From Enoplolaimus lenunculus (Eukaryota), in contig JASANG010001128.1 in NCBI GenBank assembly GCA_030248215.1, forward strand, positions 124,001 to 188,000: a stretch of DNA of 64,000 nt, given 5' to 3'. Each line of letters begins with the position of its first letter. Position 1 is the first letter of the stretch. A program made the translations under genes and the position numbers. The notes under the pieces were generated by a model, which was given only the letters and a program-made list of their open reading frames with translations, was not told where the DNA came from and did not search any database. This document shows positions 27,233 to 40,460 of the stretch, in pieces.

Positions 27233-29121
27233 GACAAAAGAAACAACCCATTAATTTTGACCAGGACGGCGCCATCGAAAATAATGTTTCAAAAAGTTAC
27301 ACATTTTACGTTGTGCGTACTGTGTAAGACTGCAACTTAATACAATTGCAACTAATTGCATAGTTTTCTTTATGACCGCGCCGTTCGTGGATCCGACGGG
27401 GGCACTCAAGCCTACTCCCCCTTAACTGGGTTCAAATTGTATAAAATTTTGTTGTAAATATTTATTCAACACAAAAACTTTGTTGTTTGGCTTCTCGATC
27501 GCTTCGCTCGCGAGTTTTTTTCACTATTATATATCAAAACGACGTGACTGTCGCAAATTTCTGGGTCCGACATTTGCATGCGAACGGGATGAAGATTATT
27601 AGAAATTTTTGAAAAAATACACTATGCAATTTGTAGTCATGAACGTGTATTTAATGTTATTATTATTATTACTATTATTATTATGTTTTTTGTTGTTTTA
27701 TCGTATAGCGACAATCATGACCGCAATCTGAATGGGACCCAGTGCCGGAGCAGACAGGGGAGGTGCCTGCCCCCAATCTTCAGGGTGAGGCCCCCAATCT
27801 CGCGAGCGAAACGAGCAGAAGCCAGACACATTTTAAAAATTCAGCGGTTTAGTTTCAACCAACTGGCTAGGGTGCAGGACTATATTTCAGTTGGTTGTGC
27901 CGATTAAAATGAATCAATTAAGGTCAATTATCAAAGTTGGCAAAGCGGGCTATGGGGGGTGGCTGCGCCGGCCCTGATGTGACCGACGAGGAAGAACGGT
28001 GGGTCGAGCCGGACTATTCTGTCCCCACCGAAATTTGTTTCAAATTACGTTTTCTTTATTACTAAAAATACCACGTTTTACGGATCCACAGCCGCATTCT
28101 GCAGATTATACTTTGCGTTAATCTTGACAATGTTTTTGTTGCTATGTCATATAATTGCAATTATGTCCTTAGTATTGTAATTATTGGTGGGGGGGGGTTG
28201 GGAGCTCCATCCGCTACAAATTAATTTTTTATTTTATTTTCTAGGTCTTTTAAATTTTAGCCGATCTATCTTTGAGTAAACTTATAATTAATATATTTTA
28301 TTATTTATACTAAGATTGCAATTATGTAAGAATTTTTTTGAGTTTAAGCGATGGTATAATTTTTGAGGTCAGAATAGGTGTATTGCGTAGTTTACACGAA
28401 ATGTTTGCCATTAATTGACCGGATTGTAGCAGACGGAAAAGTTCTTGTATGGTTAGGTGATAATTAAACTTGCCTCAGCCAACGAACGGGCCCGTAGCCA
28501 GAGAGGCCCGGAGGAGATTCAGAGCAAAGGCACATTGGCTATATCTTACAGACGTGTAAAAATGCTCTCATACAGCGTTGTAAAATACTAAAGTACTCTA
28601 TCTACGCCTGCGTAACCAGCTGACCTTGCTAGTTGGGGCTAAACATTTTCAAGATGGGGCATACAAAGGTTTTCGATGACGTACAAGCAAGGTTGAAACC
28701 TTTCTAGTGGTGCCAAAATTCTTACTCGGGGAAGCTGAGTACTCGCGACCCATCGCTGGCTACAGACCCGGCGTCCATCTTTTTTGTTTCAGCAGTCTGA
28801 CGAATTTGTGACACACACAGAGCGTTAGTCAGTTTGGGGCCCCCGTCCCGGCTACGGACCTGGCTGGATTCAAGAGTGGGCATAAAAATATTTCTCGATC
28901 GTAGAAAAACCCATAATTGGAGGTTTATTCCGTCGTCCCGAAATACAATTCTGGCTACGATTCTGTTACTTTGCGTCGTTTTATTTGCCCTCTGTGCATT
29001 ATGAGTTTTTTGCCAGTATTATCACATTTATTACGAAATCTATTATTAATCTGTGATAAATAATGCAAGATATTTGACGTTTTAAATGCGCAAATAAAGC
29101 CGCTAGGATGGCTTGGTGTGT

Positions 29122-29123
<2 letters not shown>

Positions 29124-29200
<77 letters not shown>

Positions 29201-29372
29201 AGTTATTTATTTATATATTTATTATATATTTATGCATATATTAGCATATATATTGTTATTTATTTATTTATTTGTATTTTTGTTTGTTTATTCATTTATT
29301 TATTTATTTATTTTATTTTATTTATTTATTTATTATTTATATATTTGATATATATTTATGCATATATATATA
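29124..29372. repeat. (TA)n microsatellite followed by a degenerate (TTTA)n tract
   Basis: Perfect TA run 29124-29196, then AT-only low complexity. Confidence 0.95.
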
Positions 29373-29792
29373 TGACAAATATCAATTATTCGTCGTAATT
29401 AGATGCAAATTAATTGTACAGCCTGTAAAATGTCATTAGAGTAAAAATAATATACGTATGCTATAACAATTAAATTTAGATTGACGCAATGATTGTGCTA
29501 TTATTGTCTTGTGATATGCCGTTCGGTACGTCTTATTCGCGTATAATACCGCACGGTACCGAAAGTATTAGGCTTCAAGCTTGCTTGAATTATTCCCACA
29601 GTATCGAGCAAAGACGTAGAATTAGCGATATTTTTTTTATTATTTTATAACCAACCTAAGTATGTTGCTTGTGAAATCAGTATTTTCCTTCGAACAAGCC
29701 AAGCACACCTGCACGTTATCCCACATAGTTACCTTGGCTAAGGTCTTCTATTTCGCAGACAGAGTCGCAATATCATGATTAATAACTGAATT

Positions 29793-30001
29793 GGCCCGTG
29801 TAAAAATCAGGGGCAGAACGTTTGTCTGTGAGACTAGAAAAGAGTAAACTTGCGCTTTAAACTAAAATTTTTTGCTTGGCTTAGGATTTAGGCTAGGTTT
29901 AGGAATAAACTCATTCTTACGCTTAGGCTTAGACTTAGGCTTAGGCTCAGGCTTAGGAATATGCTTACAATATTGCTCCGCCCTTGTTCTTTACATTGGC
30001 C
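29793..30001 (+). mobile_element. MITE family A
   Basis: Family TIRs; degenerate TSD actgaatt/cctaaatt. Confidence 0.85.
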
Positions 30002-32158
30002 CCTAAATTTATCGCTAATTTTAACTAAAAGCAAACATATAGAAATGAAAAAATACACGGTCGTGGTATAATACTCAGTTTAAGCTTAGTAGAAAATATT
30101 TATTCAACATACAAATTCACATTATAAATAGGAAAAATTTAAACGTAAAAAATTTGCTATTTTAAATTTTAGTTTTTTAAAATGACAGTTTACTTTGGTG
30201 TTTATAGGAAAGGTGTTGGTAATACACAGGGTCCCGGTGTCTTTAGGTATGGACAGTTTAATTTTGAAATTTACACAATATTTGCTAATACGTGCTGGAA
30301 ATTTTTGTAAAATTTCAAAACCCAAAAAGTATCCTACGACACTGGATAATCCTGGATCCGCCTTTGGTTAGAGCTCAAATTTCCCTGGTTGTGTGACACC
30401 TTTGGGACCCGGGGCTCTTGCGAATCAGTGAGGGTACGTACCCCCTTCCGGCGAAATATATTTAGCGATTAAACGGCAGTGTCCCCCCTGGTAACTAATT
30501 TATAGTTTAGTATTTTCACAATAATTATATACATATGTAAGTATATATCTGACGTTAGTATTATGTCTCTATATGCATGGTTGTTATAGTAGGACTTTAA
30601 TCAGACCCGTAGGTGAGACATCTTTTCGGTAGGGGGCACATGTCAATATACCCCTCGCAACCGAGCTTAGCGAATGGGAAATTATTTTGATCGTTAGGGA
30701 AAAGGCAGAAAAAATTCCGAGGGTACACGCACATCCTACCGTGTGCATTTGAAAAACCCTTGAACAAGTCGATGATTTTCAGGGCTGCAAACTACGAAAG
30801 AGAGCGAGGGGGGTGGGGATTTTGCCCCACTACGGACAGCTTTGACCAGCCCTGGCCGATTTTTTTCAACTGCATTAAAATAATTTTATGTCAGGAAATG
30901 TTTTCTGGCCCCCACCCTTGGAATTCTTCTTACTCACAATTCCTTGCAAAAGGAAGCGACAGGGGCGTCGACCTTCTACGAACAGCTTAGTAAACTTCGA
31001 TTCAGCCAATGAAATTCAACGCATTTGTTGCATTTGATTGGTGCTCTACTTGTGAGCCAATTTTGATTTCCGCAGCTGCGTCAGCTCGATTGGTTGAAAA
31101 CGTACTGCTAACTGGTGATAGGTGCTAACCGTACTGGTGGTAGATGATATTACTCGTATGGGAATATGAGCCATACCTACAGGTGCCTGTAATCTGCCAA
31201 AACATAAGGCATCCAAAAACGTTTCATGGAAGCAGGGATGAGCGGTCTCGGTTAAAAACCGAGACAGAGGCCGCAACCGGAAGTTGACTACTGAAACCGG
31301 CCAAGAAAAGTCCCGGTGCCGGTCAATTTTTAGTCGTCAGCGAAAAAATTAAACTTTTCAAAATAAATTTTTTCTAATACTTTTTTCGTAGTTGTTTTTT
31401 TGCGTTTTTATAGTTTTTTTTGTATTTTTTCATAGCTGTTTTGTGTTTCTTCACAATATCTGCTCGTAATTATTGCGTTACTATGAAATTTCATAATTTC
31501 ACATAAAAATTTTATTCATCAGCCATCGTTTACTTTAACAATACAGTCATACATTTGCTAAATCATCGACTTCTGGTCGAGATTCAAAAAAAGCGAGTCC
31601 GAGACCGGAGACCTGGCAAATACGAAGATTTGCCGAAACCGAAACCACGACCGAGGCTCCCATACCTGCATGGAACAATATGTGATGATTTCGACTTTAC
31701 ATACGTAGCCAAATCTTTATACAGGGGGCCCAAAATCGAACGGTGTGACCCTCTAAAAGTCAAAAAATCTTCCACTGTTGCCCCACCTAAAAAACTATCG
31801 TCCATTCTTAGACGACGCGACCACTTTTTTTTTAAAAAATGATTATGATTGAAATTTTCTCAAGGGAAAACAATAACATGAGAAAATGAGTTTGAAATTT
31901 TGAAAAATTTTGAAATAAAAAATTCAGTTTTAATATAAAAACAATAGCGTCTCGTGATTTTTTAACTATTTTTAGTCATGAATGTTGCCTGGGCTTCAAT
32001 TTTGGAAATGGATTTTTTGTGCCCTATACAATACCAGGCCTGTAGCCTACTTAACCGGTTAAAAGGGTCAAAAAGTTTTAGGAGGGGCATGTCGTTGAAA
32101 TAACAAGCTTACAAGCGGGGTTAAAACTTGTCAAAGAAGGGTGAGTTTAGAATTTGTT

Positions 32159-32296
32159 AAGGGAAGCTGAACAACCCAGGCAGTCCTGCGCTGTCCGTCA
32201 CCATGCGTTACAGTGCGGTATCGTACACGAATACTCACGTACGATACCATGTGGTGCCTCACGGTGCACGACTGCCTGGGTTGTTCAGCTTCCCTT
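32159..32296. mobile_element. Hairpin element with perfect ~27-bp terminal inverted repeats
   Basis: aagggaagctgaacaacccaggcagtc ... gactgcctgggttgttcagcttccctt. Confidence 0.7.
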
Positions 32297-32680
32297 TGTG
32301 ACGGACGGCGTAGGACGCCGGCGTACGGGTGACCAACGGTGCCGTACAAATGACGAACACCGCCGGACGGATGACGGACGGTGACGGACGGCGCCGTACG
32401 ACAATTATAGCACAATCGTTACGAACCTGGACCCATGCACCCAAAATAATATTTCTGATATTTAAGAAACAATTTCTTACACTTGAGAAATATGCTTAGC
32501 AAGGTGCACTTGAAAAGTATTTCTGTTACAACAGAAATGTTTTCAAAAAACGTTCTGAAATAAAGTCTGAAAATAAACGTTTTCCAGTTATTTTTAGAAA
32601 AATTGTCTTAAATATCAGCAAGACTTTTCAGATTTGCCACAGAAAACACTTTTCTGAATAAATTCAGAAATACTTTTTTG

Positions 32681-32854
32681 TGTGTTACTTTAAAGGGCGT
32701 CCAGATTTCTGGTGGGTCCATAAAAGAGTAGGTTTAGATTCTAGATTACATTTTTTGCTTAGGCTTAGGAACACATTTTTGCAACGCTTAAGTTTAGGCT
32801 CAGGCTTAGGAATACGCTTAATCTACTGTTACGCCCCAAAAAGTAACATTGGCC
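32681..32854 (+). mobile_element. MITE family B (left tip missing)
   Basis: Family body and right TIR aagtaacattggcc. Confidence 0.78.
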
Positions 32855-33463
32855 CGAACCTGCATGACTGTGGTATTTAACTTGATGATGGGTTTATAAA
32901 TTTTGAACAATATGTATGGATTTTGTTTATAAATTTTCAAATTTTTTTCAAAACATTTTGTTCTATGTTTTATTCAATTTGAGGGTACTGAATGTACACA
33001 AATTTTGTATTGAAAATAAATTTTCGTACACTGGCCGATCATAAGGGGGCGCACCCAGGCTTGCAGGGCTCAAAATCAAAATTTTGCATTAAAATTTATC
33101 ACTAAAATTGCGTTTGGCTTCTTGCTTCCTTCGCTCGTGAGATTTGTTTCAGTTCCATATTGCACGCGGCCGCCCCAAAGAGAAATTTCTAGGGATCTGC
33201 CGCTGTTTTCGTTTCAAATAAGCGCCGCTGTGTTTTAGACTTCCAGGTAGTAAGGGGGATCTATTGCTTTTGACTAAACCTAAGTTTAAATCTAAGTGCA
33301 AGTCTAGGGGGGGCAGGGGGTGCTCAGCCACCCCTTATAAAATTTTGGCCCCCTATAAAATTTTCAACCTTGTTTGTAAGTCATTGAAAACCATTGTATG
33401 CCCCTCCTGAAAATTTTTTAGCTCCCCCAGCAAGGTGAGCTGGCTACGGGCCTACTAAATCTA

Positions 33464-33673
33464 TACTGCAAAAAAATGGTGAGTCAAATTTACTCTCTCC
33501 GAAATAGGCTCTATGGGACTACACAAAGTGATTGAAATTCGACTCCGCCAGAGTCAAATTTGACACATTGAGTCGCACGTTTGACTCTGGCGGAGTCGAA
33601 TTTCACTCAGTTTGTGTAATCACGTAGACACGATTTCGGAGAGAGTCAATTTGACTCACAATTTTTTGTAGTG
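33464..33673. mobile_element. Fold-back MITE family D
   Basis: Same ~100-bp arms with repeated GAGTC/GACTC motifs. Confidence 0.85.
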
Positions 33674-34668
33674 ATACGCATCAACCTCAAGTTTGGGGGC
33701 AGCGTACAAGAGCGCCAGTACAGCAGAACTTTGGATAGGGACCGTCGAGCGAAACAAATCTTAACTCGAAGCTACTCAAAACTACAAAGTGCTTATTATA
33801 AAATTTCATGTAAAATTTTAACTTTGTTCAAGTGGGATTCATTTGATTAAACATTTTTTGCTATTTTTGAAATTAAAATAAATTTAAAATTTTGGCTTCT
33901 CAGTCTATTTTTAAACAATTGACGTTTTCAAAGAATCCTACCTCAGCAAAAGCTAAACCAACAGAGTATGCCATGAATTTTAGATTTTCGCTAAGGATGT
34001 AAGGGTTTCGTGTCATTAAAAGCTGCCGATATGAAGGATACGGATTTCCGAGAAACGAAACGAAATCCTATTCGCTTCGTTTACTCGCTATTGCTGTTAT
34101 CTGAAATTAACATTTGCGAATTGCAGCTGCAAGGTTTTAAAAGTTTCAAATTTCAATTAGAGTTTGAATCTGAGTTTATAACAAATTATATTCAGTGAAT
34201 TTACAGTTTTCGCTCTGGGTTTTAAAGTTTGGCATGATTTTGATTTGCAATAATGTTTTTTGGTATTACAGGAAACAGTTTTGATATTTGCCTGTATTCT
34301 CAAAAAGTATGTAGCAGCTATCACCAGTAAGCAATAGGTTTTCAATCTAATTGGAAGTACGACATTAAAACATGGCACACAAGCGCGGCAGTTCAAATGC
34401 GAAAAATGTGCTGAATTTTGAATCTCATCACTCAACGGTTCGAACGCTATAAACCCTAGCAACAACCGGGCCATTATGTTGAATTAAGAGGCATCTTTGC
34501 TAATTTTTTAAGAAATTCCGCTAATACCACAGATACAAGACACAGATTCAGCTATAGATAGCGATAGGCGCTACACAAATTTGAGAATACTAACGCTGTT
34601 ATTGTGAAGCGTTTTTAATATTTAAACAATATTTATAGGTTTCAATTGTTAGCCACTTTACTAATTAG

Positions 34669-34846
34669 GACCAATGTAAAGAACAGGGGCGAAACAGTAT
34701 TGTAAGCGCATTCCTAAGCCTAAGCCTAAGCGTAAGAATGAGTTTATTCCTAAGTCTAAGCCAAGCAAAAAAATTAGTCTAAAGCTTAAGCTTACTTTGT
34801 TGCAGTCCCATAGAAAAACGTTCCGCTCCTGATCTGTACATTGGCC
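34669..34846 (-). mobile_element. MITE family A
   Basis: Family TIRs; TSD ctaattag/caaattag. Confidence 0.85.
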
Positions 34847-35320
34847 CAAATTAGGCACAAATTAATGCAAAATTGTACCAGCCACTAATGAGACAACTTT
34901 ATGGCTTAATGCTTAGATAGAATTCTTACCCAAAACAGATGGCTTAATTTAAAATTGTTTTGAGGGGAACTTAGAACTAATTTCAAATTCTTTAAAAATT
35001 GTGTTATTCAAAACGAAAATGTTTCATAATTCCATGAAAAAAAATTTGAAATCAAATTCCGTACGGTTCTTGTGAGTATTTCGGCAGACTTCAAAACCAG
35101 GAGCCGTGGACCCTAAATTCGCTGTTAAGGGTAAAACTTGTTCGATAGTTAATGAGCGAAAATTCTGAGCCAAAATCCAAAATTTATCGTTTGAATTCAA
35201 ACTAATTTGATCTAATTGCATTGAAAACCGAATCGATGTCTAAGCGATTTATTAGCAGTGTCTTAGACCTTGAAAAAGTAGCATACGCTCGAGCGAGAAT
35301 GCCAAAACGCAATTTTAGTA

Positions 35321-35512
35321 CTGTTGTGACCCGAATAAGAGTGGGGTAATAAGGGGGGTCTCGATTTTGAGTCCCAATCAATAAGAGTCCGTGTTCCTAA
35401 TAAGAGTCCGTAAGCGGATAGTCACTGAACTGTAACTAGAGTCAATAAACTTGGATAGGTACCCTCTGGAGTGGACAAAAATATGAGCCCCCTCTTATTC
35501 GGGTCACTACAG
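35321..35512 (+). mobile_element. MITE family C, internally deleted
   Basis: ta|ctgttgtgacccgaataaga...tcttattcgggtcactacag|ta. Confidence 0.85.
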
Positions 35513-36324
35513 TACTAAATTTGAATTTTTTGGTTTTGAGTCCTGTTGGGGGCCATCGGTTAGGTATCCCATATTGGATCCGCCGGTGTAAGTCAAGTTA
35601 TGCCCCCCACCCAATAAGTTGCAATATTTTTAGCTGATATTTTATATAAGAGCACGCTAGACAAGGATGTCCCCTCGGTCGGCAATTGGGGGCGGAGCCC
35701 CCCAAATATATAGACTCAATCTAAAAGTAAACAATCTTGATTTGCAAATGTAAGGGCACCCAAAATTAGTCGGTGCTCCCCCAAATATAATTTTGGTCAA
35801 ACACCGCTGACCGCTAGAGAGAATTTAGCTTTTTTTAGTTGCCGACACATGTAAACAAATTCTAATTAGTTTCATGCGTAGAAAGCGGTTTTAGCGCATG
35901 CTATGGCTTAAAATAGAGCGAGTCAGTTAATGCTGAAAGCCAGTCTAATTGAATTTAGCCGTTACTGGGGTTCTGAGAGCACAAATCTGCCGCTTACAAC
36001 GTGGATTGATTCACAACGCTGACTGTTTTTTCGTTGTATTTGCATATTTTGCCAGAAAAAATATAGGGCCGGGTGCCAGAGACGTAACTGTTGTTAGAGA
36101 TTTTCAAAGTGAAGTTGTAGTTTTATGCTTAAGTTTTGTAGCTTTGACTAAAGCCCTATTCACACGTACAAGTTACTCTGCAGGGTGACTGACTGCTTCC
36201 AAAGTCATGGGGTAACGGAGGTCAGACGTATTTTAATATCTGTAACTCGTTTTGGAAAATGTATAGAACAGGGCCGTAAGCGTATTCCTAAGCCTATGGC
36301 TAAACGTGATAATGAGCTAATACC

Positions 36325-36599
36325 TAAAACCCTATTCATACGTGCAAGTTTGTGCTGCAAGATCATGCAGCTGCAACGTGCACTTGCAAGTGTTGTCCAA
36401 AATCCCGTTCGAAAAACTTGCAGCTACAAATAAAATTCATTGAAAACAGGAATTTAGTTCACGTGGGTGAATAACCATGCAAGTTCACTAAAATTATTGC
36501 AGCCACTTTGCCATTGGTTGATAAAAAAATGTAACTTCTGCGTGCAATTTGCAGCTGCAAGTTCTCGCAGCAAAAACTTGCACGTGTGAATAGGGCTTT
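36325..36599. mobile_element. TIR element (taaaaccctattcatacgtgcaag...cttgcacgtgtgaatagggcttta)
   Basis: ~28-bp inverted repeats; a second left end at ~36148. Confidence 0.68.
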
Positions 36600-37782
36600 A
36601 GGTTTTTAAATAGAATGTCGAACTGGCGCATCTTGCGTAAAAATCTATTTCATTTGAAGCTTTCTATCCGTACGCTGAGGCTTAGGCCTAGGCGTAGGGA
36701 TATGCTTATACAAAGCCAGCTCACCTTACTGGGGGGTGGGCTAAAAAATTTTCAGGAGGGGCGTTCAAGGGTTTTCAATGATTTACAAGCCGGGTTGAAG
36801 ATTTTCTAGGAGGCCGAAAATTTTCCAGTGGGACTGAGCCTCCCCTGCCCCCTCTTGGCTACGGGCCCGTATTGGTTAATACACATGGCCGGCGTTAGAA
36901 AAGTCGGCCTACAAACAGGTCCGAGGGGGGCCTTCAATACAATGTTTCACAGCTACATAACTTCGTGATCGGCGAGAAAATTTTGAGTTGGTCAAAATGG
37001 AGTCGCGCATGGATCAAGGACCCTTTTGAGGGAAAGCTTCTGCCGACACTGGTTATACATATTTCTGGCAAACTATGGTTTTTTGGTCTCTGGAGAATTT
37101 TCCCGAATTAAAAGTGACGTAGATTCTACTTTCAAATTTAGGCTTTGCACTTTGATTTTTTAAAATTGATCGAGTTTTTATGATTTTAATAGATTCCTTG
37201 GGGTTTATTGGCACAGCCGGTCTGGTAACCAGAATTAGTCCTTCATTGCTGAGACCTCGTGTGTAGGACTAGGTACAGTACAATCAACGTAGCTAGCTAA
37301 CCTTGCTAGGGGCCTAAAACTGTCCCTCCCTACCTTTTCATAACATTGGCCAGCCCGTCCGCCCCGCCCCCCGTCAAAAATTTTAGGATCCGCCTCTGGC
37401 TACAACCATATTGCACGTATTGCAAGTACCTAATTCAATGTTTATAGGCTTAAAATGTGGTATACGAATTGTTTTTTGAGTAATAATAGCAAGATTAATA
37501 GTTGCATTTGTAGCTAAAACACTCGCAAGCTTGCAATATGCTTCCAACATGGGTGCATTCCAGGGTCGTAGCCATAGGCGGATCCACGATTTTCCCTTGG
37601 CAGACGACGCGTTTTGTGTGCGTTTTTGGCAATTTTTTTGTTTAAAAATTACTAACGGCCCAAAGGCCGAATTGAAATTAATGACTGTCACATCGGCATA
37701 TGCTTTATCTTTCTCTGGATCCGCCACTAGGCGCAGCCACGATTTTATTTCCAGAATACATACCTTAATTTAAAGGATTTTT

Positions 37783-38114
37783 GGCCTATGTAAAGATATC
37801 ACGGGTGGAACGTTTTTCTGTAAGAACTAGAGTAAGCTTAAGATTTAGACTAATTTTTTGCCTTAACTTACGCTTAGGCTTAGGGTTAGGAATAAACTCA
37901 TTCTTACGCTTAGGCTTAGGTTTAGGAATAAACTCATTCTTACGCTTAGGTTTAGGTTTAAGAATAAACTCATTCTTACGCTTAGGCTTAGGTTTAGGAA
38001 TAAACTCATTCTTACGCTTAGGCTTAGGTTTAGGAATAAACTCATTCTTACGCTTAGACTTAGGTTTAGGAATAAGCTTATAATATTGTTCCGCTCCTGT
38101 TCCTTACATTGGCC
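37783..38114 (+). mobile_element. MITE family A with ~5 copies of the 36-bp internal unit
   Basis: Family TIRs; perfect TSD GGATTTTT; unit cttacgcttaggcttaggtttaggaataaactcatt. Confidence 0.9.
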
Positions 38115-39306
38115 GGATTTTTTACAAACGACGGTAAAAATTGTTTAGTTTCTTTGAACTCAACAGTCTATTCTAAAGCTTGTAAAATTGACTTTCTCAT
38201 CTGTACAATGACACTCTTTTCAACGAAAATAAAATCATGCCTACCCCCTTCCTGGTGTGCAATAGAACTCTGATCGTGTAACGTTTAAGTAGTACCACTA
38301 TTATATTAGGGCTGTTCTTATAAGGGTTGCGCTATAATTTGCCGCGCGGCGCCGCGCGTCATGGCAAAAAATAATTTTTAAGACACATTTAAATTTTATT
38401 TTTAGCTATGACACGCGGTATTGCACGGCAATGATAACTATAGCGCAACCCTTAAGATTTCTCAGGACCCTTTCGAGAACCAAACTGAGGGTCGTTGAGT
38501 AGCAGTGGCTGGCTCCAACGTTTTATCAAAGGGATATCCGAGACCAAGGTTGACCAATCCTTCCGCTACCCGCGTTGGTTAATTTTTTCTCACCAACGTT
38601 GACAATTATGCCAAGTTATCCTCGATGTAGGCCTTTGTTGACGGAAATATCGCGAGCGAAACGAACGAGAAGCTAGAAACACTATTGTCTAAACGCGTTT
38701 GCCAAACTTCAGTTTGGAGTGTGTCTGCGGAAACCGAATACAAAAATAACAAGCATATGTGTTAGCAGCCAAGGTTAAAAAATAAAGCATAGCGGTGGGA
38801 CGAAAACCCTGTGATCGAAGCGAGCGAGAAACCAGACGCAATTTTAGCTACAGGAATAGGTTTAGTATTGCTTGTTGGTTCCATCTGGGAGGTTCATTTT
38901 GTCGTCATAGTACCGTAAAAGTGAAAAAACTCCCACGCGGCAAGCTATCGGCAGGTTTTGAATTAAAAAGCCTCAAAAAATTTTCTTTTGATGTTTAGCG
39001 CCATGCCTTTTTTGAGCCGGAAGCTTCTTCAGAGAGAGGCGTTTCGGAGGGGGGGGGCGAATAGCATCGCTCTGACAACAATACTTGATTTAAATATAAA
39101 ATAGAACAAACTCAATTCGTATACAAATACTCTGTTTATGTTTGTCTATTTCTGATCCTTATGGCATCTTCTGCCACAACTTTGTAAATTTAAGTATATT
39201 TTTTTCAGCAACATTCATAGTTCTATTAGCTAAGTAATTTTGCAACGAAAAAATAACGCGTTACTAGCTAAGTAATTTCTGAATGAAAACGTATTAAGAC
39301 TACAGG

Positions 39307-39613
39307 ATGTTTGATCATAAACGTCCGTCAACGTCGCCGTTATCCGGAATACCTCAGTGTACTAAGCTAATTCTTAATGCTTCTACTCTACGACGGTCTA
39401 TAGGGGGTTCATTTCGACGTATGGGTAACCGATCACCCCAGATATGTCACGCCAGAAGGCGTCTTTCTGATGAATTTTCGTCTGGTGTTTATCGGCGTGA
39501 CTCCAATGGAGCGTCAGAAACTGGTTGGTTGACTGACCGCGGCAGTCGCCGAACGCCAAATGATGCTAACAACAACAACAACAACAACAACAACAATAAT
39601 AATAATAATAATA

Positions 39614-39656
<43 letters not shown>

Positions 39657-40192
39657 TAGTAATAGTAATAATAATAAGAAGAAAAACCGTAAGAACACTA
39701 AAAATAGTGTTGACACTAGCTGTAGCAAACATAGTAATGCTAGCAACTGCAGTTGCAGTGTTGATCGCCCAAGCGTTGATGCTAGCGATAACTCCTGCGA
39801 CAGTAATGTGTTTAATTCAAACAATAATGAAAATATAGCACAAAATAATAACAACAATAATAACAACAACAACAACAATAATAATAATAATAATAACACA
39901 GATCAGCAACTTATGCGCAACTGCAAACGCAACAGTTGTGGTTGCATCACCGAAACAGCAACAACAACACCAACTGCACGTAGTTGCACAATTGCACGTG
40001 CAGATATTGCACTAAGTCGTAGTGCATCAACGCGTCGGCGTTCAACACGCAACAATCGCAATAGCATACGAGTTAAAGATATCACTATTAACTCGCGTGC
40101 AGCTGCGATTGCTGCGTTTTCAAGCGAAATTGCCGCTTGGAAACTGTGGCGTGACAAAACGTTTCGTCGATCACAGTATTGGCTTGAAAAAG
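39307..40192 (+). CDS. Alternative first coding exon (poly-Asn, ends ...RRSQYWLEK) of the DLC1/STARD13-like gene
   Basis: 299-aa ORF; donor AAAG|GTAGC after 40192 (phase 1); 196-nt intron joins in frame to EYEAKEC. The donor is weaker than the others. Confidence 0.7.
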
Positions 40193-40388
40193 GTAGCCTT
40201 TGCTGACCTATGACAAAACTTGGCTGTTCACGCGACATTTTGCCTATTGACACTTTATATGAGTGTCATACGATATTTTGCCTATTTTTACCGTATTTAG
40301 TACCATGTGGAACGCCAAGAGTTGCATACTCTTATATATCATGCGCTGTTGAATTTAGTAAATTTAGTTAATTTTCGTTTTGTTTCAG

Positions 40389-40460
40389 AATATGAAGCGA
40401 AAGAATGTTGTCGATGGCTGTGTGACGCTGGTTTTCCTCAATATGCGAAAATGTACGAAG
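40389..40460 (+). CDS. DLC1: SAM-domain exon 1 of DLC1/STARD13/cv-c family RhoGAP (EYEAKECCRWLCDAGFPQYAKMYE)
   Basis: Matches the family signature EAKEACxWLRAxGFPQYAQxYE; tgtttcAG and G|GTAAGT; 72 nt, phase 1/1. The symbol is family-level only. Confidence 0.93.

Noticed and set aside
31555..31842. 95-aa basic ORF as a possible extra exon or gene
   Set aside because: Non-ATG start, no convincing splice pair and no recognisable motif.
39489..39899. Poly-Leu/Ile/Val/Cys ORFs antisense or off-frame to the poly-N and poly-Q exons (also 59151-59710)
   Set aside because: Shadows of trinucleotide repeats in the real coding frame.
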